Shown: positions 49,316 to 59,845, counted from the stretch's first letter. The stretch is 64,000 bases of DNA from Nitrospirota bacterium (GCA_963701855.1 CAVPBK010000006.1:1120001-1184000), one strand, 5' to 3'. Made by a program: numbers and translations. Notes: a model not told the origin generated them from the letters alone.

Positions 49316-49939
49316 TTACGTCCGGAGATCGAGTGGGCTTCGGTGGACGATGGCTCGGAGAATATCGCTAGTTGTCAGAATGCCGACCGGGTGACGGGAG
49401 CTGTCGAGAATCGGAATTGCACTGACCTGTTCATCGAGCATGGCATGGGCGATCTCGCGGATCTCCGTCGTCGGGGTGGCGGACAAGACTCGGCTGCTCA
49501 TCACATGGGCGAGCTTGTGCCCGACGGACGGTCCTGGGGAACTGACGGATTCCAACTCATGCGCATAGGGCAGCAGGTCGTAGTTCGATATCATTCCGAC
49601 CAACGTGCCATGAACCGACATTACAGGAAGATGTTGAATCCCCTTGTGCTTCATGAGGCTCCATGCCTCCAGCAGCGTACTGTCGGACGGCAACCATATG
49701 ACGGGCGAGGTCATTAAGTCCTGTGCAAAGAGGGCCGGCTTCGATGCAGGGGCTTGGTTCACCTGTTGCTGGTAGGCCCGTTGAGCGAGGCGTGCTGCAT
49801 GGTCGCCAGTCTGTTGCTCCTGACCTTTTGAGCGATCCTCTCGATCGGCCGCAACAACCTGTGCGGCTGGTGGGCGTGGAGCCACCGGTAGGGCAGGATG
49901 TATTTCGACGATTCCATCGACCGCACGTATAATCGGCAT
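49316..49939 (-). CDS. CBS-pair domain protein
   Basis: DLMTSPV, IQHLPV..LVGMIS, AIPIL..PVGILTTSDIL. Confidence 0.88.
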   Translation of the reverse strand: MPIIRAVDGIVEIHPALPVAPRPPAAQVVAADREDRSKGQEQQTGDHAARLAQRAYQQQVNQAPASKPALFAQDLMTSPVIWLPSDSTLLEAWSLMKHKGIQHLPVMSVHGTLVGMISNYDLLPYAHELESVSSPGPSVGHKLAHVMSSRVLSATPTTEIREIAHAMLDEQVSAIPILDSSRHPVGILTTSDILRAIVHRSPLDLRT

Positions 49940-50325
49940 GGCTGACCTCGTAACGTCTGTATCGGAGGCTAGCAGTAAGTACTTAAGCGGGGAAGGGTTT
50001 GTCTGGCGACCGTTGAAGGCGAGCGGGGACCAGGATCGGGAACAAGAATCAAGGGCCTGAGTGGAGATTACGGGAAAGCAAGGAATTGAAACAGTGGACA
50101 AGAGTGATCATTAACGATCACGGTTTCCAGCAACATTGCCAATGGTCTGACCCAGGACCCGCGGTCGTCGAGTGTGCGATGGACCACGTGTACTACTTCT
50201 GTTTCTGAGTGCCAGCCACCCTCAACACCTCATACAATTCCTGGGCATTATGTGCCGATAGTAACTAAGTTGTACCATCGTGTATTCTTCCACTCCTGAC
50301 ATCGTACGACAAAAGGGAACGACCA

Positions 50326-51735
50326 ATGGAATCACAGAGTCAGGTTTCGATGAGCAAGAGACATGACGTGATTGTAATCGGCGGCGGATCGGCGGGCTAT
50401 GCCGCGGCACGGACTGCGCGGGATGCCGGCGCTGACGTGGCGATTGTGGATCAGGGTCCGCTTGGGGGGCTCTGTATCCTGCGTGGCTGCATGCCGACAA
50501 AGGCCATTCTGCGTTCTGCCGAAGTCGCAGCCCTTTTCAGGCGAGCGAAGGAATTTGGACTCTGTCCAGTTTCGGCCCAGGCCGATCTGTCAGCGATCAT
50601 GGATCGAAAGGATCGGCTGGTCCGCGAGTTTGCTGACTATCGCATTCAGCAGCTTCAAGACCCAAGGTTCACACTTTATCAATCGCGGGCAGTCTTTCGG
50701 TCGCCCCACGAGATCACCGTCGGAGACGTCGTCTTGTCGGCTGGCTCCTTCATCCTCGCTACCGGGTCGAGGCCCAGTGAGGTTTCGATTCCTGGCCTGG
50801 GCCAAGCCGGATATTTCACGAGCGACACGATCCTGGATCTCCGTACCCAATCGGGTTCATTGATCGTCTTGGGTGGCGGGGCTGTCGCCCTCGAACTTGG
50901 GCAGTTCTTTGCTCGACTTGGAACGAAGGTCACGATCCTCCAACGGGGACGCACACTCCTTTCTGAAATGGACGAGGATATCGGATGCTCGCTTGAAGCT
51001 TCATTGATTGACGAGGGCATCGAAGTTGTCACGGGCGCGCAATGGCTGCGCGTGACTCAGGACGCAAGAGGGAAGACGGTGTGGGCGTTAAAAGATGGAC
51101 GTGAAAGGTCCTACGTCGGCGGGGAGATTCTCCAGGCCTTAGGCCGACGGCCCAACATCGAAGGGCTTCACCTAGAATTAGCGGAGGTGACAGTAACCGG
51201 TGGGCGGATTGTGGTCGATGGCGCGATGCGCACGTCGCAAGCGCATATCTATGCTGTGGGTGACGTAAACGATGTCACGCCCATTGTGCATCTCGCCATC
51301 CAGCAGGGAGAGATTGCGGGGTACAACGCGGCTCACGCAGATCGACCAGCGAAAACGATTGATCATCGCCTGGATGCCGAAGTCGTTTTTACCGATCCTC
51401 AGGTTGCGGTGCTGGGGCTCAATGAAATGCGCGCGAAAGCCAGGAATATACCATATCTCACGGCCTCCTATCCGTTCGCCGATCATGGCAAAGCGCTTTG
51501 TCTTGGCGCGACGCAAGGGTTTGTGAAGTTGCTTGCGGCGCCTCAGACCGGTGAGATTCTTGGTGCGCAGATCGTCGGCCCGGAAGCTGGTGAACTGATT
51601 CACGAACTGATCGCGGTGATGTATTACCATGGGACAGTGGCCGATCTCCTGCGTATGCCGCACTATCATCCCACGCTGGCGGAAATTGTGACCTACCCGG
51701 CGGAATCCATTGTCGAACGGTTGGGCGCACGATAA
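50326..51735 (+). CDS. Pyridine nucleotide-disulfide oxidoreductase (dihydrolipoamide dehydrogenase/MerA family)
   Basis: IGGGSAG, GGLCILRGCMPTK, HYHPTLAE; lacks the MerA C-terminal Cys pair. Confidence 0.9.
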   Translation: MESQSQVSMSKRHDVIVIGGGSAGYAAARTARDAGADVAIVDQGPLGGLCILRGCMPTKAILRSAEVAALFRRAKEFGLCPVSAQADLSAIMDRKDRLVREFADYRIQQLQDPRFTLYQSRAVFRSPHEITVGDVVLSAGSFILATGSRPSEVSIPGLGQAGYFTSDTILDLRTQSGSLIVLGGGAVALELGQFFARLGTKVTILQRGRTLLSEMDEDIGCSLEASLIDEGIEVVTGAQWLRVTQDARGKTVWALKDGRERSYVGGEILQALGRRPNIEGLHLELAEVTVTGGRIVVDGAMRTSQAHIYAVGDVNDVTPIVHLAIQQGEIAGYNAAHADRPAKTIDHRLDAEVVFTDPQVAVLGLNEMRAKARNIPYLTASYPFADHGKALCLGATQGFVKLLAAPQTGEILGAQIVGPEAGELIHELIAVMYYHGTVADLLRMPHYHPTLAEIVTYPAESIVERLGAR

Positions 51736-51921
51736 AGAGATTCAGTGTGCTCGCGCTCAACTATTATCCCTCGCGCTTCGAGGCGAACCGTCGTTTCAGG
51801 CATCACGTTTCCCAAAGAGGCGAGAGGCCTTGCCAATGCACTGTTGAACCGGCCTCGCCATCCAGTGTAGCGTACCCCTACTATGTCAATACACAATGAA
51901 CCGGCTCCCATAAATTTGCGT

Positions 51922-52125
51922 ATGAAGGGGATGATCGCGCGATTCGTGGGGATAGTGGCGATCGCACTCGGGTTCGTCATCGGGATCTACGGACTGGAAG
52001 ATACAGGAGCACCGTGGCTACAGACAGCGCTGGGCTTGCTGGTCACTGGCATGTTGGCTCAAGGCTATGCGCTCTATTGTTCCATGAAGCGCGTGCAAGA
52101 CATCAAGGACCAGTCTAAGTCATGA
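51922..52125 (+). CDS. Small 2-TM membrane protein
   Basis: Two hydrophobic segments; ATGA overlap with the next gene. Confidence 0.6.
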   Translation: MKGMIARFVGIVAIALGFVIGIYGLEDTGAPWLQTALGLLVTGMLAQGYALYCSMKRVQDIKDQSKS

Positions 52126-52547
52126 GGCAAGCGCGTCAGCACTTGTTCGCAGTCGGGATATTCATCCTTGCAGGGGCGATGCTCGCCTGTGGAGGTCCGT
52201 GGCGCGATAGCTATTTCAAGAAGGGCGTGGATCGACTCACGCAAGATGAGGTGACGGAGAAATTCGGGCCGCCCCATACGGCGAAGACGCCGGCTCTCGG
52301 GGGGGATTCGGTCTGGACCTATCGGGTTTCGATCAGTGACAGGGAATTGGCCTCGGTGGACATTTCCCATCTGGGCGACACAGTGAAAGAAGCATCCGCA
52401 TTAATGGGAAAGACTGTCGAACAAGGTCCCAAGGCCATGTTGTACTGCTACCGCTATACACTGACCTTCAACGAACAGAAAATTCTGAAACAGTGGAAAC
52501 GCGAAGAATGCGTGCCGGGAACCCATGATACGCTCAACGCCAATTAA
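52122..52547 (+). CDS. Lipoprotein, SmpA/BamE-like fold possible
   Basis: Lipobox MLAC; TQDEV..KFGPP...VWTY...LTF. Confidence 0.7.
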   Translation: MRQARQHLFAVGIFILAGAMLACGGPWRDSYFKKGVDRLTQDEVTEKFGPPHTAKTPALGGDSVWTYRVSISDRELASVDISHLGDTVKEASALMGKTVEQGPKAMLYCYRYTLTFNEQKILKQWKREECVPGTHDTLNAN

Positions 52548-52566
52548 TGTTCTGATGCGGTAATTC

Positions 52567-53400
52567 ATGCCTGCTTGGTTGCCGCACATCGATAGTTCAG
52601 CCGTGCTCGATGGGCTTACCTCGCTTCTGCTGCTGCTCTTCCTCCTCATCGTGCGGGCATTGATTGTCCGAGCGATCGCAAAGAATCCGACTCTCTCGAT
52701 GGAAGCGAAACGCCGATGGGTGGTCTCTGTCCGCAATAGCATCGTGTTCGTGTTGCTCGTGGGGTTGGTCGTCATCTGGGCGCACGAACTCCAAGCTTTT
52801 GGCCTGTCCCTCGTCGCCTTGGCGGCGGCGTTCGTCCTGGCGACCAAAGAACTCATTCTTTGCTGGAGTGGAGCCGCGCTGAGAGTCGGTGGAAAAATCT
52901 ATTCGGTGGGCGATCGCATTCAGATCGCAGGTCATCGCGGCGTCGTCTTGGATCATGACATCTTTGCGACCAGGCTCCTCGAGATCGGGCCAGGCCAAGC
53001 CTCGCATCTTTATACGGGTCGCGTGACAGTGTTCCCGAACAGCCTACTGTTTGCGAATGCCTTGATCAAAGAGAATCCCGGCCAGGAGTATGGGCTCTAT
53101 CTCCTCGTGATTCCTCTCGGGGACAAGGACGACTGGCGGGATGCCGAACGGCACTTGCTCGACGCAGCCAAGGCCGAATGTACTTCATTTATGGAAGTAG
53201 CAGGTCGTCAGATGAAGTTGTTGGAGCAGACGAATCTGCTTGAAGCGCCGTCACCGGAGCCCCGCGTCACAATTCAATTGTCCGAGCCGGGACGCATCAA
53301 TTTGGTGCTGCGGTTCCCGGCACCGGATCGCGGGCGCTCGCGGATCGAACAGGCCATCCTGCGCCGGTATCTCAACGCGGTTGCGTCAGAGACCAAATAA
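52567..53400 (+). CDS. mscS: Small-conductance mechanosensitive channel family protein
   Basis: Three TM helices; YSVGDRIQI.G..G.V, FPNS. Confidence 0.85.
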   Translation: MPAWLPHIDSSAVLDGLTSLLLLLFLLIVRALIVRAIAKNPTLSMEAKRRWVVSVRNSIVFVLLVGLVVIWAHELQAFGLSLVALAAAFVLATKELILCWSGAALRVGGKIYSVGDRIQIAGHRGVVLDHDIFATRLLEIGPGQASHLYTGRVTVFPNSLLFANALIKENPGQEYGLYLLVIPLGDKDDWRDAERHLLDAAKAECTSFMEVAGRQMKLLEQTNLLEAPSPEPRVTIQLSEPGRINLVLRFPAPDRGRSRIEQAILRRYLNAVASETK

Positions 53401-53702
53401 GCAGGGTTCGCGAGCGGTGTTCTGGCTACCCCTGAATCGCGAAGCGTATATCGCGCCGATTGACGATCAATCCATTGCACCGATGAATCAATTCATGCAC
53501 TGGCTCACGCTCCACAAACGATGGTGAAGAGGGTGGCCTTGGGAGCATTCTGTGGGACCGGAACGAATTGGCCTGCCGATTGAGGCCTAGGCACAGCGAT
53601 GCGTCGGTTCCCGGACAAATTCTTGACAGGATTGAAAAACGAGTACAGGCTGTATTCATTGTGAAGGAAATCATCATTACTATCTATTCCAGGAGGTGCT
53701 GC

Positions 53703-53984
53703 ATGCAGAAATTGATCGGCGTCGCGTTTGCCGCTCTGTGTCTGATCGGGACCAGCTCGCTGGCTCTAGCTGACGATGCCATGAAGAGCGAGATGGGTAC
53801 GATGAAGGGCGAGATGAAAGCCGAGAAAGGTGCGATGAAGGGCAAAATGAAGGCCCACAAAGACGCGATGAAGGCGAAACACCATGAGATGAAGGGCAAG
53901 ATGAAGACGCACAAAGATGCGGCAAAATCCAGCCCGGCAGTCGCTGCTCCGATGTCAGCCCCCGTCCCTGTCGCCGCACCATAA
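53703..53984 (+). CDS. Small exported Met/Lys/His-rich repeat protein
   Basis: AGGAGG RBS; signal peptide ending ALA; MK.. repeats. Confidence 0.8.
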   Translation: MQKLIGVAFAALCLIGTSSLALADDAMKSEMGTMKGEMKAEKGAMKGKMKAHKDAMKAKHHEMKGKMKTHKDAAKSSPAVAAPMSAPVPVAAP

Positions 53985-54011
53985 GTTTTCGCAGTCGCGT
54001 TAGTAGATACC

Positions 54012-54043
54012 TGGCCCTCGGGAGGTCTTTCCTTCTGAGGGCC
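54012..54043 (+). terminator. Hairpin, probable terminator
   Basis: GGCCCTCGGGAGG...CCTTCTGAGGGCC. Confidence 0.5.
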
Positions 54044-54062
54044 GTTCTATGTTGAACTTGAA

Positions 54063-54171
54063 TATTCCCCGTAGCTTGCTACGGGGTTCGCCTCTGGTTC
54101 CGTCCTGCTTCCGAGGAGTCTTCGAAATTAAGTTCTATGATACCCCGCAGCTTGCTGCGGGGAGCTTCATT
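54063..54171. repeat. Pair of REP/IS200-end-like palindromes
   Basis: CCCCGTAGCTTGCTACGGGG and CCCCGCAGCTTGCTGCGGGG. Confidence 0.7.
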
Positions 54172-54344
54172 TCTCTCAGACAAGGACGGGCACGAAGGAA
54201 GCGGGGCTTGGTTCACCGTCATGACGTCACGACGAGAACCGGAATCGCCTCCTCGGTAAACCGCTTCACCGACCATATCCCTCGCCTTGTTCCCCAGTGG
54301 GTCTTTTGCTAGGATGCGGCGGTCTGAATGTTTGCAGGACTCCC

Positions 54345-55118
54345 ATGAAAATCGCGACCTTCAACGTCAACTCTCTCCGCAAACGTTTGCCGATCGTGCT
54401 CGATTGGCTTGCCCGGCAGAAGCCGGACGTACTTTGTCTTCAAGAAACCAAAGTCCAGGACAGCGAGTTTCCGCTACTGGCATTGGCGGAATCCGGGTAC
54501 GACATCACCTACCGGGGGATGAAATCGTATAACGGCGTCGCGATATTGAGCCGGGAGAAGCCAGAGGCGGTGGCGTACGGGTTTGACGATGGAGGCGAAT
54601 CGGAGGATGCGCGGCTCTTGCGCGTAGTGATCAAGGGGATTCCCATCGTGAATACCTATGTGCCGCAAGGCTTCGAGATCGACTCACCCAAGTATCAATA
54701 CAAGCTTGGCTGGTACGATCGGCTCCGCAAGTATTTCGAAAAGCATGTGCTGCCGAACAAACCGGCCATCTGGTGTGGCGATATGAACGTCGCTCCTCGG
54801 CCTATGGACGTGCACAGCCCAGAAAAACATCTCAAGCATGTCTGCTATCACGAAGATGTGCGGCGAGCGTATGAGAACACGTTGGCGTGGGGATTTCAGG
54901 ACGTGTTTGTGAAACTCTATCCGGACCGGCAGCAGTATACGTTTTGGGATTACCGGGCGCCGGGCTCGCTGGAAGCGAATAAAGGCTGGCGCATCGACCA
55001 TATTCTGACAACGGCCTCGCTGGCAGAACACTGTGTCAGGGTAGAGGTGGACGTCGAGCCGCGGCGAGCGAAAGACCCTTCAGATCACACATTCTTATGG
55101 GCGGAGTTTTCGGTCTAA
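54345..55118 (+). CDS. xth: Exodeoxyribonuclease III
   Basis: MKIATFNVNS, LQETK, YNGVAIL, GDMN, RIDH, SDH. Confidence 0.95.
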   Translation: MKIATFNVNSLRKRLPIVLDWLARQKPDVLCLQETKVQDSEFPLLALAESGYDITYRGMKSYNGVAILSREKPEAVAYGFDDGGESEDARLLRVVIKGIPIVNTYVPQGFEIDSPKYQYKLGWYDRLRKYFEKHVLPNKPAIWCGDMNVAPRPMDVHSPEKHLKHVCYHEDVRRAYENTLAWGFQDVFVKLYPDRQQYTFWDYRAPGSLEANKGWRIDHILTTASLAEHCVRVEVDVEPRRAKDPSDHTFLWAEFSV

Positions 55119-55208
55119 CCACGAGCGCAACGTCCACATCTGCCTAGCTCGGTCGGTTCTCTATGGCGTCCACACCGACCGAACTGGCTCACGATCTCGA
55201 ACGAACCA

Positions 55209-55379
55209 TTACGCCGCATGCAGGACCCGCTGCTTCGCAGGCAACGGGGTCACGCGATTCTGTGCAATCAATGGATCGAGGACCAGTCCGCAATTGATAC
55301 AGCGGAGCACTGCGGCCTCCGGGGAGAATTCCGGCCGCCACTCTTTCACCATCAGCCCTTTGCATTTTTGACAGGTCAT
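55209..55379 (-). CDS. 56-aa CxxC...CxxC zinc-ribbon protein
   Basis: MTCQKCKGLMVKEWRPEFSPEAAVLRCINCGLVLDPLIAQNRVTPLPAKQRVLHAA; AGGAGGT RBS. Not in the ORF track. Confidence 0.8.
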   Translation of the reverse strand: MTCQKCKGLMVKEWRPEFSPEAAVLRCINCGLVLDPLIAQNRVTPLPAKQRVLHAA

Positions 55380-55491
55380 CGTGCTCACCTCCTGCTTTCG
55401 TGTGTTCCGGCGCCGACGAGTCGACCGTTCACGAGGGGAACTCTAACATTGCAAGATTAATAAGGTGTTAACTGGCAGTTAAAACTCTCTA

Positions 55492-56787
55492 ATGTCTATA
55501 CATGACGATTTGTATGATGTTGCGGTGGTCGGTGCTGGCGCCGCCGGTCTGGCAGCTTCGATTTTCGTGGCAGAGACGGCCGCGAAGGGCGATCGCGTTC
55601 AGAGGATTGTGCTGCTCGATGGTGTGAAAACGATCGGCGCCAAGATCCTCGTCTCCGGAGGCGGGCGCTGTAATGTGACGCACGAGGCCGTCATCCCCAC
55701 CGACTACTTTGGCAATCGCCGGATCATCAAGAATGTGCTGGCGGCGTTTTCCGTTGAGCAGACCGTGAAGTGGTTTGCCTCGTTAGGGGTCGAGCTTAAA
55801 CGCGAAGAGACCGGGAAGCTCTTTCCCGTTACCGACAACGCACGAACTGTCCTGAACGCGCTTGTTGATCGCTGTCACGCGCTTGATGTCGCCATTCGCC
55901 CGGACCATCGGGTAACGAGCATCGAAAGTCGAGGTGGGTTAGAACCTGGATTTATCCTGCACCATACCCACGGGATTCTATATGTGAAGAAGGTTATTCT
56001 GGCAACCGGAGGCCGATCGATCCCCAAATCGGGGAGCGATGGATTCGGCTACGAATTAGCGCGACGTTTGAGTCATTGGGTGACGGCCACTGTCCCGGCA
56101 CTCGTGCCACTAATGCTTGACGACCAGATGTTTCATAAGACACTCTCCGGTCTCTCGCATAACGTCGAGTTGACCACTATGGTGAAGGGTCGCGTCGTCG
56201 ACCGCCGGACAGGGAGTTTACTCTGGACCCACTTCGGCATCAGTGGGCCAGTGGTCATGGATGTGAGCCGCTTCTGGACACTTGGGCATGAGCAGGGAGA
56301 AACCGTAGAGGTTTATGGAAACTTCTTGATCGGTCAGACACAAGAACAGGCAAAGTCGTGGGTTATGGAGCAAGCGAAGGGCAATCCCCGGCGATCATTG
56401 CTGAAGACATGGGCGCAACAGATACCAGAGCGGTTTGCCGAAGCACTCTGTTCCCACGTCGAATGCGATCCCAAGACGGCGATTGCACAACTGCCGCGAA
56501 AAGACCGAGATCGTCTGCTCGCTGCACTGACCAAGTTTAAATTCCCAGTCAAACACGATCGAGGTTGGAACTATGCCGAGGTCACAGCCGGTGGTGTGCC
56601 GCTCGAAGAAATCAACTTTCGGACTATGGAATCCAAGCTGGTGCCGGGCCTCTATCTGATTGGTGAGATTCTCGACTGCGACGGCCGGATCGGCGGGTTC
56701 AACTTCCAATGGGCCTGGGCGACGGGATTTCTGGCTGGCCGTGCGATCGTGTCCTGTCGCCGATCAGATTATTCGCAAGGCGGCTGA
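55492..56787 (+). CDS. BaiN/HI0933 (YhiN) family flavoprotein
   Basis: GAGAAG, KILVSGGGRCNVT, THFGISGP, TAGGV, GGFNFQWAW. Confidence 0.92.
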   Translation: MSIHDDLYDVAVVGAGAAGLAASIFVAETAAKGDRVQRIVLLDGVKTIGAKILVSGGGRCNVTHEAVIPTDYFGNRRIIKNVLAAFSVEQTVKWFASLGVELKREETGKLFPVTDNARTVLNALVDRCHALDVAIRPDHRVTSIESRGGLEPGFILHHTHGILYVKKVILATGGRSIPKSGSDGFGYELARRLSHWVTATVPALVPLMLDDQMFHKTLSGLSHNVELTTMVKGRVVDRRTGSLLWTHFGISGPVVMDVSRFWTLGHEQGETVEVYGNFLIGQTQEQAKSWVMEQAKGNPRRSLLKTWAQQIPERFAEALCSHVECDPKTAIAQLPRKDRDRLLAALTKFKFPVKHDRGWNYAEVTAGGVPLEEINFRTMESKLVPGLYLIGEILDCDGRIGGFNFQWAWATGFLAGRAIVSCRRSDYSQGG

Positions 56788-56832
56788 AACGTCCTCTCCG
56801 GACCAGACGACGTCCAGCAGGGCTCGTTTCTC

Positions 56833-57192
56833 TCAGGCCGCATTGACTTGTGGTCTGGCGTCGTCCTTCAACCCCCCAAATTTGGACTCATATTCGGCGA
56901 CCACACGATTGAGCACGGCGGCCAACCGTTTTGCCGCAAAGGGGTTCAGCACGATACGATTCGTCAGCTGAACCTGGATATTCGCCTGCGCCCGCTCCCA
57001 CACGTTATTGACGCCAAAGGCCAGCACCACTTCTTCACGGGTCGAAGATACGTTGCACACGTTGGCGTAGGAACTCTGAAGATTGGAGACATCAAACTGG
57101 ACCGTCGGAGTGGCATTGGTTGGCTGGCTTGGATGTGACGGGCTTGCCAAGGATAGGCCCGTTGCATTCGCCGTTGATCCTGCCTCTTTCAT
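56833..57192 (-). CDS. DUF3467 family protein
   Basis: SSYANVCNV..TREE..L.FG, RIVLNPFAAKRL, YESKFG; GGAGG RBS. Confidence 0.82.
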   Translation of the reverse strand: MKEAGSTANATGLSLASPSHPSQPTNATPTVQFDVSNLQSSYANVCNVSSTREEVVLAFGVNNVWERAQANIQVQLTNRIVLNPFAAKRLAAVLNRVVAEYESKFGGLKDDARPQVNAA

Positions 57193-57521
57193 AAAGACCT
57201 CCCTGGTGATGGGTGAAACCGTTCTCAACCGAAAGAAACACATTCCCAACATCTTGTACGCAGGCTAGCAAGAAATGTGACGCACAAAAAGGAAAAACAG
57301 GATTTGTGCGATCGTTTCCGTGCCACCGAGGCTGTTCATCGCGACCACGCGGTGAGGGGATGTACAAATGCGGAAAAATGATGACAAACCACAGCAGTCA
57401 AGTACTCTGATAACAATCTACGCAGGCATTGAGCCGGTCGGTGGTCGGGCAGCAGAGCGCGGTTGTCTGTCGCCGCGCGAAATAGGTCTGGTTCAAGTGG
57501 TGCGCCTATGCAGAAAGTGAC

Positions 57522-59060
57522 ATGGTGAACGAACCGAATTCTCCAGCTGACCGCTCTCGAGGCATAGCTAGCCCGTTACTGGTGGTACTGACGATTCTCG
57601 CTGCCATAGGTCTCAGCAGTTGTGCCGTCACACCAATACCGTTGACGAGGGAAGAGGTGCGATCACGAGCGCAAGAAGATCGGGCCGTTCTAATAAAGGA
57701 TCAAGAGCCTGTCTCGGGCCCGATCGATCTCTACGAAGCAATGGCGCGGGCGCTGAAGTATAACCTCGACGCGCGTGTCGAGCTGATGCACAAGATGCTG
57801 GCACAGACGCAACTTGATCTGTCTCACTATGCCATGTTGCCTCGTCTCGCGGCGAACGCTGGATTCGACGGTCGCGATAATTACTCGGGAGGAGTTGGGC
57901 GGTCCTTGGTTACAGGGATAGATAACCTCTCACCTTTTACCTCTTCCGAGAAAAACGTATTCTCCGCCGATCTGTCGCTTAGTTGGAATGTGTTGGATTT
58001 CGGAATGTCGTACATCCGAGCGAAGCAGGCAGCCGACGACGTGTTGATCGCTGAAGAAGAGCGTCGGCGTGTGGCTAATCGGGTGATGCAGGATGTGCGG
58101 GCCGCCTATTGGCGTGCCGTCAGCGCGGAACGAATTCTCCCCTCACTCAAGATGCTGGATGAATGGGTGAAGACCGCGCTGGAAAAAGCCCAAGCAGTTC
58201 AGGACGAGAAACTGAGTACGCCACTGGTTCCCTTGCAGTACAGGCTAGAACTCCTCAATACCCAACGCTACATTCAACAGTTATTCCGGGAACTCAATAT
58301 TGCGAAGCTTCATTTGGTCGCGCTCATCAATCTTCCTCCAGGCCAGGAGCAAGAAATGAAGCTCATGGTTCCGGAGCGAGAGGCTGGAACGCTGAACCTT
58401 CCGCTGGATATGACGATGCTGGAGGATCGAGCTCTGGAAGCACGCCCGGAACTGAGGCAGATTGATTATCGTCGTCGCATCAACGCGCGCGAGACTAAGG
58501 CGGCGATTCTCGAAATGATCCCCAGCCTGAATTTCCAAGTCGGCGGGAACTACAATGGCAACGCGCTTCTCTTCCATCAGCATTGGGCCGCCTATGCAGC
58601 CCGGACCAGTTGGAATTTGCTGAACATCTTTCGGTATCCAGCCCGGGCGAAGACCATTGAGGCTCAAGATAAGGTGCTACACACGCAGAACCTCGCACTG
58701 ACCATGGCCATCATGTCGCAGGTGCATGTCAGCGTGGCACAGGTGGCATATGCGAAGAAAGAAACCTCTACGGCGAAGCTCTATCACGATACGCAGTCCC
58801 AAATTTCCGAGCAGACTCGATTAGGTTGGCGGATCGGACGGCAGAGCGAACAGGCTGTGCTGCGCGAACGAGTCAATCAGGTGGCGGCACAACTGCGATA
58901 CGATGCCATAGAATCCGAACTCCAAACCTCCTGGGCCTCGCTCCTGGCCGCCATTGGAGAAGATGTACTGCCCAACGATCTGACGCGGGAACAGAGCGTG
59001 TCCGACCTCGCCCTCGAAATTCGTACGCGATGGGCGAAAAGCAAGGAGTTGATCAAGTGA
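57522..59060 (+). CDS. TolC-family outer-membrane efflux lipoprotein
   Basis: Lipobox LSSC; EAMARALKYNLD, LSWNVLDFG, DVRAAYWRA, RPEL. Confidence 0.9.
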   Translation: MVNEPNSPADRSRGIASPLLVVLTILAAIGLSSCAVTPIPLTREEVRSRAQEDRAVLIKDQEPVSGPIDLYEAMARALKYNLDARVELMHKMLAQTQLDLSHYAMLPRLAANAGFDGRDNYSGGVGRSLVTGIDNLSPFTSSEKNVFSADLSLSWNVLDFGMSYIRAKQAADDVLIAEEERRRVANRVMQDVRAAYWRAVSAERILPSLKMLDEWVKTALEKAQAVQDEKLSTPLVPLQYRLELLNTQRYIQQLFRELNIAKLHLVALINLPPGQEQEMKLMVPEREAGTLNLPLDMTMLEDRALEARPELRQIDYRRRINARETKAAILEMIPSLNFQVGGNYNGNALLFHQHWAAYAARTSWNLLNIFRYPARAKTIEAQDKVLHTQNLALTMAIMSQVHVSVAQVAYAKKETSTAKLYHDTQSQISEQTRLGWRIGRQSEQAVLRERVNQVAAQLRYDAIESELQTSWASLLAAIGEDVLPNDLTREQSVSDLALEIRTRWAKSKELIK

Positions 59061-59845
59061 CCCGTCTCAGCTGGCCACTAGCTTGTGGCTGTATCATGGG
59101 CCTGTGGTTCCTGATGCCGATGTGGCTCGCGACGGCCGGCACCAAGTCAGATCCCAAGCCCGCCAGCAGCGCGGCAGAACTCAGCACGATCCGTGGGCTC
59201 GTGAAGGCGACCGCGCAAGCCACCTTAGCCAGCCAGGTTCAGGGCCGGATCAGCCAGCTGCCGTTCAAGGAGGGGCAGCGGTTTAAAAAAGGAGCCATCC
59301 TGGTTGCCCTCGATTGTTCGAAGTATGAGGCGGAACTGGCGAGCGTCCAGGCGGAATATCGCGGCAAGAGGAAGACCTACGAGAACAACGTCCAGCTCGC
59401 TAAACACCAAGCCGTTGGTGAACTCGAACTCGTGGTCTCTCAGGCCGATGCGGAGAAAGCGTTTGCCGCTGTGAAGGTCGCGCAAGTCAATGTGACCGGC
59501 TGCACCGTGCGCGCACCGTTTCCTGGACGTGTCGTCAAAATGATCGTGAACGAACACGAGAATGTATTTCCCAACGACCAGCTCATAAGCCTGTTGGATG
59601 ATAGCCTACTGGAGATCGAGCTCATTCTGCCGTCGAAGTCTCTCGCGTGGCTGAAGGTCGGCACGCCGTTCGATTACACCGTCGATGAAACGGCACTTCG
59701 GTATCCCGCGGTGGTGCAGGACATCGGCGCGAACGTTGATCCTGCCAGCCAGACAGTGAAGGTGAAGGGTTTGTTCCGCGCCCAGCCGGACAATGTGCTG
59801 GCAGGCATGAGCGGAACCGCCTCCTTCACGGAGCTCCCACGCTAA
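59057..59845 (+). CDS. Periplasmic adaptor (HlyD/RND MFP), short
   Basis: GRI..L..KEGQRFKKG, APFPGRV, VDPASQT, LAGMSG; GTG start overlaps the TolC stop. Confidence 0.88.
   Translation: MTRLSWPLACGCIMGLWFLMPMWLATAGTKSDPKPASSAAELSTIRGLVKATAQATLASQVQGRISQLPFKEGQRFKKGAILVALDCSKYEAELASVQAEYRGKRKTYENNVQLAKHQAVGELELVVSQADAEKAFAAVKVAQVNVTGCTVRAPFPGRVVKMIVNEHENVFPNDQLISLLDDSLLEIELILPSKSLAWLKVGTPFDYTVDETALRYPAVVQDIGANVDPASQTVKVKGLFRAQPDNVLAGMSGTASFTELPR

Noticed and set aside
50326..51735. Mercuric reductase merA
   Set aside because: No C-terminal Cys-Cys pair, no NmerA domain, no mer genes nearby.
57260..57330. Sigma54 promoter for DUF3467
   Set aside because: Candidates lack either the GG or the correctly spaced GC.
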